Shown in pieces: positions 48,515 through 56,596 of a DNA stretch of 64,000 bases. Source of the stretch: Longimicrobiales bacterium (lineage in GTDB: Bacteria > Gemmatimonadota > Gemmatimonadetes > Longimicrobiales > Gaopeijiaceae); the NCBI GenBank assembly GCA_965249725.1, contig CBDFMQ010000002.1:32001-96000 (forward strand), given 5' to 3'. The translations under genes were made by a program, and so were the position numbers. The notes under the pieces were generated by a model, which saw only the letters and a program-made list of their open reading frames with translations, ran no database searches and had not been told where the DNA came from. Each line of letters opens with the position of its first letter. The stretch's first letter is position 1.

Positions 48515-49918
48515 ATGGGCCAAGGACGCGGCAAAGCTGCCCACCGAAGCCTGATCGTCACCGGTCTGGCGCTCCTCGTGGCCGGCGCCCTGGGTGCCCA
48601 GACCCCCAACCTCAACCCTCACCCGCCTGGCGAGCACTCCAGCCGGAACATGAGGGTCGTGGCCCATGTGCCCCTCGGCGGGGACCTGACGATCGCCGAC
48701 ATGGAGCTCGAGCAAGACATGGCGCGACCCTACGCCTACGTCTCGCGGAGCCGTGAGGGAAACCACGGCTTCGACATCATCGATCTGAGCGGGATCGACG
48801 ATGAGGAGAACGGGAGGGTGATCTACCGCTGGACAATCGAGAATTCCGAGCTTCACCAGGGCTCGGGCGGCAGGGACGCCAAGTACTTCAAGCTCGGCGA
48901 CCGCTACTACTTCATCGCCTCGTTCCAGTTCCGTGGAGGCGGGCCGAACCAGGATCTGGGAGGCATCGTCTTCGACGTGACCGGCCTTCCCGACACCTCG
49001 ACGATTCGTGAGATAGGGCGTATCCGTATGCCCTTATTGCCCGGCGGGTGGCACAACATCTTCGTCTACAAGCATTCCGACGGACACACCTACCTGTTCG
49101 CCACCGTGGAGTCTCCGGTCGGGTCGGACCTGGGAGTGAATGTCTACGATATGGAGATCTTCGTGAACGGGGGTTCGGCAGAGGAGTCCCTGGTCTCGTA
49201 CGTCCCGCTCCCCGAGCCCCGGGGCGCAGCGCGGGGTTATCACGACGCCTACGCCGGGTACGATCCGGCGACCGGGCAGGACAAGTTCTATGGTGGCGGG
49301 CCGGAGACGTCCTACGAGGGCGGAAACTACGTCTGGGACGTCAGCGACATTCGTAACCCGGAATTCATCGGCGGACTTCGCGCGATCCACGCCCAGCAGG
49401 CTGGGGGACACACCTTCGTTCCGACACCCGATCACCGTTACGCGATGACGGTGATGACTTCGCTGGGGCACCAGCCGGTACGCTTCTTCGACCTGAAGCC
49501 CATCCTCGATGGTGAGGTGGAGATCATCCACGAGCCGATCGGCGCGTGGACACAAGACTGGCGCAAGTCGGTGCACATGCTCGAGGTCCGGTGGCCCTAC
49601 CTCTTCATCGGCGCCTACACGATGGGGGTCCAGGTCGTCTACATGAAGGATCCGACGCGGCCCTTCACATATGCATTCTACGATACCTATCCGGCGCCCG
49701 AGGAGTACACGGGAGGAGGAACTGCACGTGGGGTATTCGGGATCGACGTGCGGAACGCCGACGGTCTCATTGTCGCCTCTGACGGCTTCAGCGGCCTGTG
49801 GGCCTTCCGGATGGACGGCTTCTATGGGTGGCACGGCCACGACTGGGGGATGCCGAACTCGTCCAGCGTCCAGGACTACGACAACGGTCCCGACCTGACG
49901 GGCCGCCGGATTCGCTAG
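48515..49918 (+). CDS. Secreted LVIVD/choice-of-anchor-B-like beta-propeller, paralogue 1
   Basis: SD AAGGAGG; NMRVVAH, RPYAYV, WHNIF, YHD, GHTF, VHMLEVRWP, GIDVRNADG, DWGMPNSSSVQD. Confidence 0.85.
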   Translation: MGQGRGKAAHRSLIVTGLALLVAGALGAQTPNLNPHPPGEHSSRNMRVVAHVPLGGDLTIADMELEQDMARPYAYVSRSREGNHGFDIIDLSGIDDEENGRVIYRWTIENSELHQGSGGRDAKYFKLGDRYYFIASFQFRGGGPNQDLGGIVFDVTGLPDTSTIREIGRIRMPLLPGGWHNIFVYKHSDGHTYLFATVESPVGSDLGVNVYDMEIFVNGGSAEESLVSYVPLPEPRGAARGYHDAYAGYDPATGQDKFYGGGPETSYEGGNYVWDVSDIRNPEFIGGLRAIHAQQAGGHTFVPTPDHRYAMTVMTSLGHQPVRFFDLKPILDGEVEIIHEPIGAWTQDWRKSVHMLEVRWPYLFIGAYTMGVQVVYMKDPTRPFTYAFYDTYPAPEEYTGGGTARGVFGIDVRNADGLIVASDGFSGLWAFRMDGFYGWHGHDWGMPNSSSVQDYDNGPDLTGRRIR

Positions 49919-50240
49919 GAAGCGCGCCCCCGTGCCGTGAGGGGCCGGTGCATCTCCGAGTTCCGCCCCGTACGGCCCAGTTCCGGCCAGCTAACCCGAG
50001 TTTTTGGGGTCCCACGTGGGGTCCCATAGGCCCCTTTTGCGGCTCCCAGTTCACCGACACCAAAAAGCCGGAAGCCCAGCCCCCAGTCGTTGTCAGTCCG
50101 TGAGTCACGTAGACGGCTGAGAGGCACCGAGTCGTCCTACTTTGACGCTCTACAGCCATCAGCCGCGCGACTCGTGGGGGCCGACGGGCAGATCGACGGA
50201 CCACGGCCCAGCGGTGTCTGCCGCCTCGAACCGCCCCACT

Positions 50241-50287
50241 CAGCCATCGCCCAACCTCAGCATCACCCATAGCTTGAGCGCGTGGGC
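50241..50287 (+). repeat. Dispersed ~47-bp repeat, copy 1
   Basis: cagccatcgcccaacctcagcatcacccatagcttgagcgcgtgggc. Confidence 0.9.
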
Positions 50288-50620
50288 AGATCCTGCTTGG
50301 AGGTTTGGAGGGGATGCAGCCGCGTACCATGGCGACGTGGGATGCCACGTTCACGCTCGCCGCTTTGAACCGCGACCGATGATCGGACTATGCCGGGACC
50401 ACAGCGACGTCTGATCTTCACTGCGGCATCCACTCTGCTCGTGAAGTCCATGATTGGTTCCTACGCATGATGCAGGAGCATGAGGAGTTCGAGGTGGAGA
50501 CGGATCAGGATGGGGAGTGGCCGGTGCCGTTCTGTAGTGAGACGGTGAGATGGGTGGTGGTGGCGTGACCTTTCGCCTGCCCTAGCCTGGCCGTAGCATA
50601 ACATCGGCCTGCGCCGCCTC

Positions 50621-51393
50621 GGTCAAGTCCCGAGTTGTGTGTAAAAGTGAGAGGAAGCTCCTCGATGCTTCTGTTAGGCTGCCTTGGCGACCTCCTTCGG
50701 TTCGAGAAGCGTGAGATCCAGGTAGCGACGTTCGCTCCAGACCGCAGTAGTCCTTAGAGCAACCGCAGTGATGAGGCGGAGCGCGCTGGCTCGGTCGGGG
50801 AAGGCGCCGGCGCTCCGGATCCGATGCTTGATCTCGGTGTGCAGGCGCTCGAGGCTGTTCGTGGTGCGCAGTCGGGCCCAGTGGGGCTCGGGGAACGCGT
50901 AGAACTGGGTGGCGGCCGTGAAGCCCCGCTCGAGCACCCTCATTGCCTCGGGGAGTTCCTTGTGCCAGCGCGCCGTGATCTCGGCCAGGCGCTTCTTCGA
51001 CTCAGCGAGCCCGGGGGCCCGGAAGACGGCGGCAACCTCGCGCGCCACACGCTTGCGCAGGCGATGCGGGACCTTGGCCAGCACGTTGCGTTGCAGGTGG
51101 ACAGTACAGCGCTGGCGGCGCACCTCGGGCAGGAAGCGGCGCACCGCGGCTGCCAGGCCCGCGTGCTCATCCGCGATCACGAGCTGGACGCCGCTGAGAC
51201 CACGCTCCAGGAGTTGCTCGAGGAGCTCCGACCAGCTGTTCTCCGATTCCTCAGGGCCCAGCGTGATGCCCAGGAGCCGGCGGTGGCCGTCCGGGCCCAC
51301 GGCGTAGGCCACGAGCGCGCTCACGTTCTCGACCTTTCGGGCCCAGCGGGCATCGAGGAACGTCGCGTCCAGGTACAGGTAGGGGTGGGCCCC
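50621..51393 (-). mobile_element. IS256-family remnant (3' part of transposase plus one end)
   Basis: PYLYLDATF..ES..W..L..RGL..LVIADEHAGL..QRCTVHLQRN..LRTTNSLERL (stop at 50674); end-like ggtcaagtcccgagttgtgtgtaaaagt at 50621-50648; 5' part missing. Confidence 0.88.
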
Positions 51394-51395
51394 CG

Positions 51396-51659
51396 ACGAA
51401 GCCTATCACACGTCACTTGGCTGACAAGTGGTTGCGGAAGGGAGAGAAGCTCGCGGGGCTAGAGCCGTTGAGCGGTACTTTGTGGCATAGCTACCGCCGG
51501 AAGTGGGCGACGGAGAGGAAGCACATGCCGGATGTTGATGTCGCTCACGCGGGTGGATGGAAAAACACCGGGAGCCTCAAGACTGCCTACCAGCAGGCCG
51601 ACAGTGAGACTACCTTACGTGTCGTTCTTGAGGCAGGCGAGCTTCGGGAGGCCCAGTGA
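51396..51659 (+). pseudogene. Tyrosine recombinase C-terminal remnant
   Basis: LWHSYRRKWATERK..VAHAGGWK..LKTAYQQAD (H-x-x-R, W and Y positions); N-terminal part absent at the IS256 junction. Confidence 0.75.
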
Positions 51660-51755
51660 ACCCCCTAACGTGCACACGAACGTGCACACTCGTTCGTCGG
51701 TGGGGATTAGCGGAAACGAACGAACCGCTTACCTATGGGACGAAAGCAGTGAAGA

Positions 51756-51828
51756 GGGGCCATAGCTCAGTTGGGAGAGCGCTGGCTTTGCAAGCCAGAG
51801 GTCGCCGGTTCGATCCCGGCTGGCTCCA
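51756..51828 (+). tRNA. tRNA-Ala(TGC)
   Basis: ggggcca/tggctcc acceptor with G3:U70, anticodon arm ctggc-tttgcaa-gccag, T-loop ggttcgatcc. Confidence 0.96.
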
Positions 51829-51941
51829 CTAGAAGCTACCCGCTGATCGGTTCACATCGTCGCAGGACTACGTCACGTTCGTGTCGAATCGGGCGGGCGC
51901 GTGGACATTGTGAGGCGGTACTTGGGACCGGGCGTGAATCA

Positions 51942-52262
51942 ATGATCAGGATGCCGAGCGCACGCTTTTCAGTCGGTGACATCGTGCAACACAAGTTGTT
52001 CGATTACCGAGGTGTTGTCGTCCAGGTAGATATGCACTTCCAAGGAACCGAGGCATGGTATAGAGCCGTGGCCCGTTCGAGGCCACCCAAGCACCAACCT
52101 TGGTATCACATATTGCCGCACACAGCCCAACATCAAACGTATGTAGCCGAACGAAACCTCGAACCTGATCACAGTGGCCTCCCCATCCAACATCCCCTTG
52201 TGGAGCGCTACTTCACTGAGTTCAGCGAGGGGCGGTACGTCGAAGATGTTCAGATCCACTAG
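51942..52262 (+). CDS. hspQ: Heat shock protein HspQ (YccV-like domain)
   Basis: FSVGDIVQHKLFDYRGVVV..PPKHQPWYHIL..TYVAERNL..IQHP..YF. Confidence 0.88.
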   Translation: MIRMPSARFSVGDIVQHKLFDYRGVVVQVDMHFQGTEAWYRAVARSRPPKHQPWYHILPHTAQHQTYVAERNLEPDHSGLPIQHPLVERYFTEFSEGRYVEDVQIH

Positions 52263-52422
52263 TGATTATGCAATGTGACAAGCATTTGCCGCTGACGCTG
52301 TGGACACGCCCCGGGGGCTAGGCAACTCGTCGGTCCCGGGCGGCGTTTGACGGTGTCACGGCGGTGCTTCCGCCAGACCCCGAATCCGTGCGAGGGCTAC
52401 CTCTTGGCGCTACACTGCACGC

Positions 52423-52749
52423 ATGGGATTCCTGGACACGAGTTCTTTCCGTCGCTTCGCGGCGGATAAGATGCAGAAAGTGAACCTGTTCGAGACGCCG
52501 CAGATGTTTTGTGATGTGTACTGCCTCGAGCCAGGCCAGGCGCAGAAGGTGCACACCCACGCCGGGGCCACGAAGTTCTACTACGTGATCGAGGGCGAGG
52601 GCACCTTCACCATCGGGGATGCCAGGCGCACCCTCGAACCCGGCCACCTCGTTTGGTGCGTGCCCGACGAGCCGCACGGGGCAGAAAACTGCGCCAATGT
52701 GCCGCTGGTGGTACTCGTTTCGATGGCACCCAACCCGAACTTGCTGTAG
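52423..52749 (+). CDS. Cupin domain protein
   Basis: LEPGQAQKVHTH..FYYVIEGEG..PDEPHG..N. Confidence 0.88.
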   Translation: MGFLDTSSFRRFAADKMQKVNLFETPQMFCDVYCLEPGQAQKVHTHAGATKFYYVIEGEGTFTIGDARRTLEPGHLVWCVPDEPHGAENCANVPLVVLVSMAPNPNLL

Positions 52750-52757
52750 CACCTAAG

Positions 52758-52779
52758 CCATAGCTTGAGCGCATGGGCA
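52758..52779 (+). repeat. Dispersed repeat, copy 2 (3' half)
   Basis: ccatagcttgagcgcatgggca. Confidence 0.8.
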
Positions 52780-52976
52780 TACCGTCTTTCGGGTTCGACT
52801 CAGTTCAGACTCGCACTCCTCGGCTCACCATCCGCTGCGAGTATCCAGGCAGCAGCATGGAGCCCACGGAGGTGATCTTCAGGCTCTCACCGCGCTACGG
52901 CATCCACTCTGCTCGTGAAGCCCACGATTGGTTTCTGGGCATGATACAAGCTGCGAGCGCCGCAAGTGGTCAATGA
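52773..52976 (+). CDS. Small hypothetical protein starting inside the repeat
   Basis: GIHSAREAHDWFLGM has a homologue GIHSAREVHDWFLRM near 50425-50470, behind repeat copy 1. Confidence 0.4.
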   Translation: MGIPSFGFDSVQTRTPRLTIRCEYPGSSMEPTEVIFRLSPRYGIHSAREAHDWFLGMIQAASAASGQ

Positions 52977-53059
52977 GCGTAGTGTTGAACTCGTGCGATT
53001 GGCCGAGAAGTTGGAGGGATTGTAGGCCCCTACAGTCACTACATAGGAGAGAGGGTCCG

Positions 53060-53446
53060 ATGACCGACGAACCAGTTGTCTGCGCTGACTGCGGGGAGGT
53101 AATCACGCCCCCTATCTTGGATGGCACTTACGAGATCTCATCGGCTGACAGTAAACCAAGACACATAGGTGGGTGCCCGAGCCAGGAAGGGAACGAGTTT
53201 GTTTGGAGGCCTCCACCAAGCAACACCGCCCATTACCCTGACTTGACCAGGGTGAAACCGGATAGGCCCATCCAGCCATCGCCCAACCTCAGCATCACCC
53301 ATAGCTTGAGCGCATGGGCGGTTCGACGTGAATTCGAGGAGCGGCTAGGTAGGATTTGGCACGCCCCTCGATCCGCAGTGAGCGTATCGTCAGATGCTCG
53401 CCCACCCGCAAACCTCCTAGACAGAGGAGATGCAACTCATGTTTAA
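53060..53446 (+). CDS. Small CxxC-containing hypothetical protein, probably disrupted by repeat copy 3
   Basis: SD AGGAG, MTDEPVVCADCGEVI..RHIGGC; reads through the repeat. Confidence 0.35.
   Translation: MTDEPVVCADCGEVITPPILDGTYEISSADSKPRHIGGCPSQEGNEFVWRPPPSNTAHYPDLTRVKPDRPIQPSPNLSITHSLSAWAVRREFEERLGRIWHAPRSAVSVSSDARPPANLLDRGDATHV
53273..53319 (+). repeat. Dispersed ~47-bp repeat, copy 3
   Basis: cagccatcgcccaacctcagcatcacccatagcttgagcgcatgggc, one mismatch to copy 1. Confidence 0.9.
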
Positions 53447-54203
53447 CGGTCGCGCCTCGAATAGAGTTCAATGGGGAGCGCCGCTGGCAAGAGCCGATCC
53501 CGCGCTGCGCGCTCTTTTCACGGGCTACCTGTTGGTCATCGCGGTCGGTCTCCTGATGTCCTTTGCCCAGATACTTCTCACGCACGGAATGGCGGACGGG
53601 AAGTTTGGGCTTTCGGTGGACGACATTGTCTATAGCTACTATGGCAATCGTGAGGGCAGCCGAATCGAGGCGAAGCTGCAAGGCTCGATGAAGCTCATGG
53701 CTTCCGAGCAAGATCGAGCCGTGATCATCAGGTGGGTGCGCATGGGATCTCCACGCGACGTGTGGGAATCGCAAGTCCGCGAAGTCGTCTCCGCGAACTG
53801 CACGCGTTGCCACGGCACGTTGCCCGGACTAGTGGAGTACCGGAGCTATGAGGGCATCAAGTCGGTATCGCAGATCGATGAAGGTGCCACGGTGCCAACG
53901 CTGGCGCGCGTCTCCCACATCCACCTCTTCGGCATCGCATTCATCTTCTTCTTTGTGTGTCTCATCTTCGCGCAGGCCACGGGCATCCCAAACTGGCTTC
54001 GCGTTACCGCCATAGCGTCGCCGTATCTCTTTCTCTGCATCGACGTGTTCTCATGGTGGGCGACAAAGTGGGTTCCGTCCGCGGCCTACCTGACTTTGCT
54101 CGCAGGCTTCGGCTATGCTGCTGCTTCGGGCTTCATGATCTCGACGTCGCTCTACCAGCTTTGTTGGCCGAGTTTCGTACGTTCTCAGGATCTGAGTGAT
54201 TAG
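53430..54203 (+). CDS. Membrane protein with one CxxCH heme-c motif
   Basis: THGMADGK..YSYYGNR..NCTRCHG..VSHIHLFGI plus about four TM segments. Confidence 0.75.
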   Translation: MQLMFNGRASNRVQWGAPLARADPALRALFTGYLLVIAVGLLMSFAQILLTHGMADGKFGLSVDDIVYSYYGNREGSRIEAKLQGSMKLMASEQDRAVIIRWVRMGSPRDVWESQVREVVSANCTRCHGTLPGLVEYRSYEGIKSVSQIDEGATVPTLARVSHIHLFGIAFIFFFVCLIFAQATGIPNWLRVTAIASPYLFLCIDVFSWWATKWVPSAAYLTLLAGFGYAAASGFMISTSLYQLCWPSFVRSQDLSD

Positions 54204-54222
54204 CAGCCTCGCATCGATCCCG

Positions 54223-54264
54223 GCCATCGCCCAACTTCAGCATCACCCATAGCTTGAGCGCATG
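54223..54264 (+). repeat. Dispersed repeat, copy 4
   Basis: gccatcgcccaacttcagcatcacccatagcttgagcgcatg. Confidence 0.9.
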
Positions 54265-54411
54265 CGTATGGCTCGAGCGTCAGCTTTGCATCCCGTTTGC
54301 ATCCCGAAAGACGGTTAAGAACGGTGATCGGACGCCTTAGGAGCGGTTAGGAACGGGCACGAAAGGCAGAAACCAGGCGGGAATCCCCGAAATCGGGCCT
54401 GTATGAACACT

Positions 54412-54456
54412 CTTTGCAAGCCAGAGGTCGCCGGTTCGATCCCGGCTGGCTCCACT
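54412..54456 (+). repeat. attR-like duplicate of tRNA-Ala 3' part
   Basis: 45-bp exact match that begins at the anticodon loop. Confidence 0.93.
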
Positions 54457-54488
54457 GATGTAAAGCGTTTGTTCATATAGTGTTACTG

Positions 54489-54529
54489 GAGACCCCCTTG
54501 GTCAGCCGGCTGAGGGGGTCTCTATGTTT
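54489..54529 (+). terminator. Terminator-like hairpin after the tRNA fragment
   Basis: gagaccccct...agggggtctc stem followed by tatgttt. Confidence 0.55.
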
Positions 54530-54916
54530 CTCTCTATGTTGAGCGCGGTTCCCAGGTACGAAGGGTGATGCTCAGGCCATGTCACTTGGATTGTATTGGG
54601 TGACGATCAGGCGGTCTCTGGTGCGACTCCAACTGGTGATCGCCTTGTCCCGGCCTTGCAGATTCGGGCTCTAGGCCCTGACAACTGTTCGAGATCCTGC
54701 GATCGCAGGAAAGGTCCGACGCCCAAGCTAACGGACGGTCTAGTTAAACCTATGTGACAACGGGCTGTCGAACCCTATGATCACTCAGAATCTACGGAAT
54801 TTTCGACATACAACATGACATGCCATGAGACGGGGGCGGAGGCTTGCCAGCGACTATGCGACCCAGCGGGATCGAGGCGCTTGCAACTTCGCACAGATTA
54901 GTCGCATCTTGCGGCC

Positions 54917-56437
54917 ATGTCCGACTCCGTGATCCGCCGGAACATTGCCCTCCCCTTAGGCTTGGTCTTCGTTCTGCCCCTTGTCTTGAATTGCGGGCCT
55001 CCTCCCACGGCCTCCCCACGGCCGGTCCTGACCGTTTTACAGTCATCCGTGTCGATTGGCGATCCCCATATCGCGAGTGACGCGGCCGGCCCGCTGAGCA
55101 TCATCTTCACCATCTATGAAGCGCTGGTAGGCCTGGATGAGGAAGGGAACTACCAACCTTCCCTGGCTGAGGGATGGGAAGTCGGAGAGGATGCCCGGAC
55201 CTGGACATTCTCTTTGCGCGATGGCGTGAAGTTTCATAACGGCGAGGTGCTGAGCGCCTCCGACGTCGTCGCCACCTTGGGCCGGGTTCTGGACCCGGCG
55301 ATCGGGGGCGTTCTCGGAACGCAGGGTGTTTACATCAGCTACTTGGGAACCGCCGAGATCTCCGCTCTCGATGACTCGACGGTGAGGATCGTCACCGAAA
55401 ACCCCATGGCGGATCTCCTAGATCTTCTGGTATCGATGCCGATCAGCCCCGCCGGCGAGTTGGACAAATTACCCGGGGAATATGTGGGCAGTGGCCCGTA
55501 CGAGATCGTCGAGCAGAGTGATACCCGGGTTGTCGTCGCGGCACATGACGAGTACTGGGGGAAAACTCCGGATTACCGGGAGATCAACTGGATCGCCGAA
55601 GGCGATTCAGGAAAGCGGGTAGAGGCCCTCCTGAACGGTCAGGCCGATATCGCATCGGGAATCGGGATGCAGGGCTGGGAGCGGATCACCGAGGATGGTA
55701 GGGCCGTGGCCCATGAGATGGATAGCGGATTGGCCATCATCTTCATGGCCAACGCACTCGAGGGGCCCAGCCGGGACCGCCGCGTGCGGCAGGCCTTGAA
55801 CTATGCCCTCGACGTGGATGAGATCATCGCCGAAATCAAGCATGGAGCCGCGCAACGGCTCAGCGGCTACCTGACCCCGCATCACTTTGGTTACAACCCC
55901 GAGACTCCCCGTTATCCCTACGATCCCGACAAGGCGCGGAGCCTCCTTGCGGAGGCCGGTTACGAAGACGGACTGACGCTGGTCTTCGATATTCCCACGG
56001 TGAGTCCCGATGAAATGCCCGAGTTGGGGCGAATGATGGTGGAACAATACAGGCGGGTGGGGATCACCCTGGAGATCGTCGAGCACCCGGACCGGCCGGC
56101 CTACTCGGAGATGGTTCGGGAGAAGAGGATCAACGACGCCGCTGGTTTCGACTCCAGTCCACGGAGCACCTATCGTGTCCTGAGGGAGAAGATCCACTCC
56201 GGGCTCAGGGGTCCCTGGTGGGAGGGGTACGAAAACGAAGAGGTGGACTCCCTGATCGAGAAAGCGCAGGCGACCGTCTCCGATGCGGATCGGCAGGCCA
56301 TCTACCGCCAGATCTATACGATCATCCGTGATGACGCCCCTTGGATCTTTCTCTATAACCCCACCCTGTATTGGGGCGTCGGGCCAACAATGAAGGACTG
56401 GAAGCCGAGGGCGGACGGCCTGCTCATCTTTTCCTGA
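54917..56437 (+). CDS. ABC transporter substrate-binding protein, family 5 (orphan)
   Basis: IYEALV..PSLAEGW..WTFSLRDGVKFHNGE, GSGPY, RVRQALNYALD, YDPDKARSLLAEAGY; no permease genes adjacent. Confidence 0.92.
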   Translation: MSDSVIRRNIALPLGLVFVLPLVLNCGPPPTASPRPVLTVLQSSVSIGDPHIASDAAGPLSIIFTIYEALVGLDEEGNYQPSLAEGWEVGEDARTWTFSLRDGVKFHNGEVLSASDVVATLGRVLDPAIGGVLGTQGVYISYLGTAEISALDDSTVRIVTENPMADLLDLLVSMPISPAGELDKLPGEYVGSGPYEIVEQSDTRVVVAAHDEYWGKTPDYREINWIAEGDSGKRVEALLNGQADIASGIGMQGWERITEDGRAVAHEMDSGLAIIFMANALEGPSRDRRVRQALNYALDVDEIIAEIKHGAAQRLSGYLTPHHFGYNPETPRYPYDPDKARSLLAEAGYEDGLTLVFDIPTVSPDEMPELGRMMVEQYRRVGITLEIVEHPDRPAYSEMVREKRINDAAGFDSSPRSTYRVLREKIHSGLRGPWWEGYENEEVDSLIEKAQATVSDADRQAIYRQIYTIIRDDAPWIFLYNPTLYWGVGPTMKDWKPRADGLLIFS

Positions 56438-56596
56438 TCGCGGGACGAACAGCGGCCCTCAAGGTCTTCTGGAACCTATAACACGCAGTGCCTGAGGGCG
56501 TCGCCCCCCAGCCCACTGGTCCTGACGATGCCACGGTCGTAAACTCAGGCTCCAGGCCTGCGTGTGACATACAATCTCCGTATAGAGGGAACGGCC

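Larger units (their letters stand above)
51786..54456. mobile_element. Integrase-less genomic islet in tRNA-Ala bounded by 45-bp direct repeats
   Basis: 51786-51830 is identical to 54412-54456 (ctttgcaagccagaggtcgccggttcgatcccggctggctccact). Confidence 0.85.

Noticed and set aside
50100..50140. Possible minus-strand tRNA 3'-end fragment
   Set aside because: No recognisable T-loop; too short to assign
50241..54264. CRISPR array or integron attC interpretation of the 47-bp repeat
   Set aside because: Copies are hundreds to thousands of bp apart, no cas or intI gene is recognisable, and there is no RYYYAAC/GTTRRRY palindromic structure
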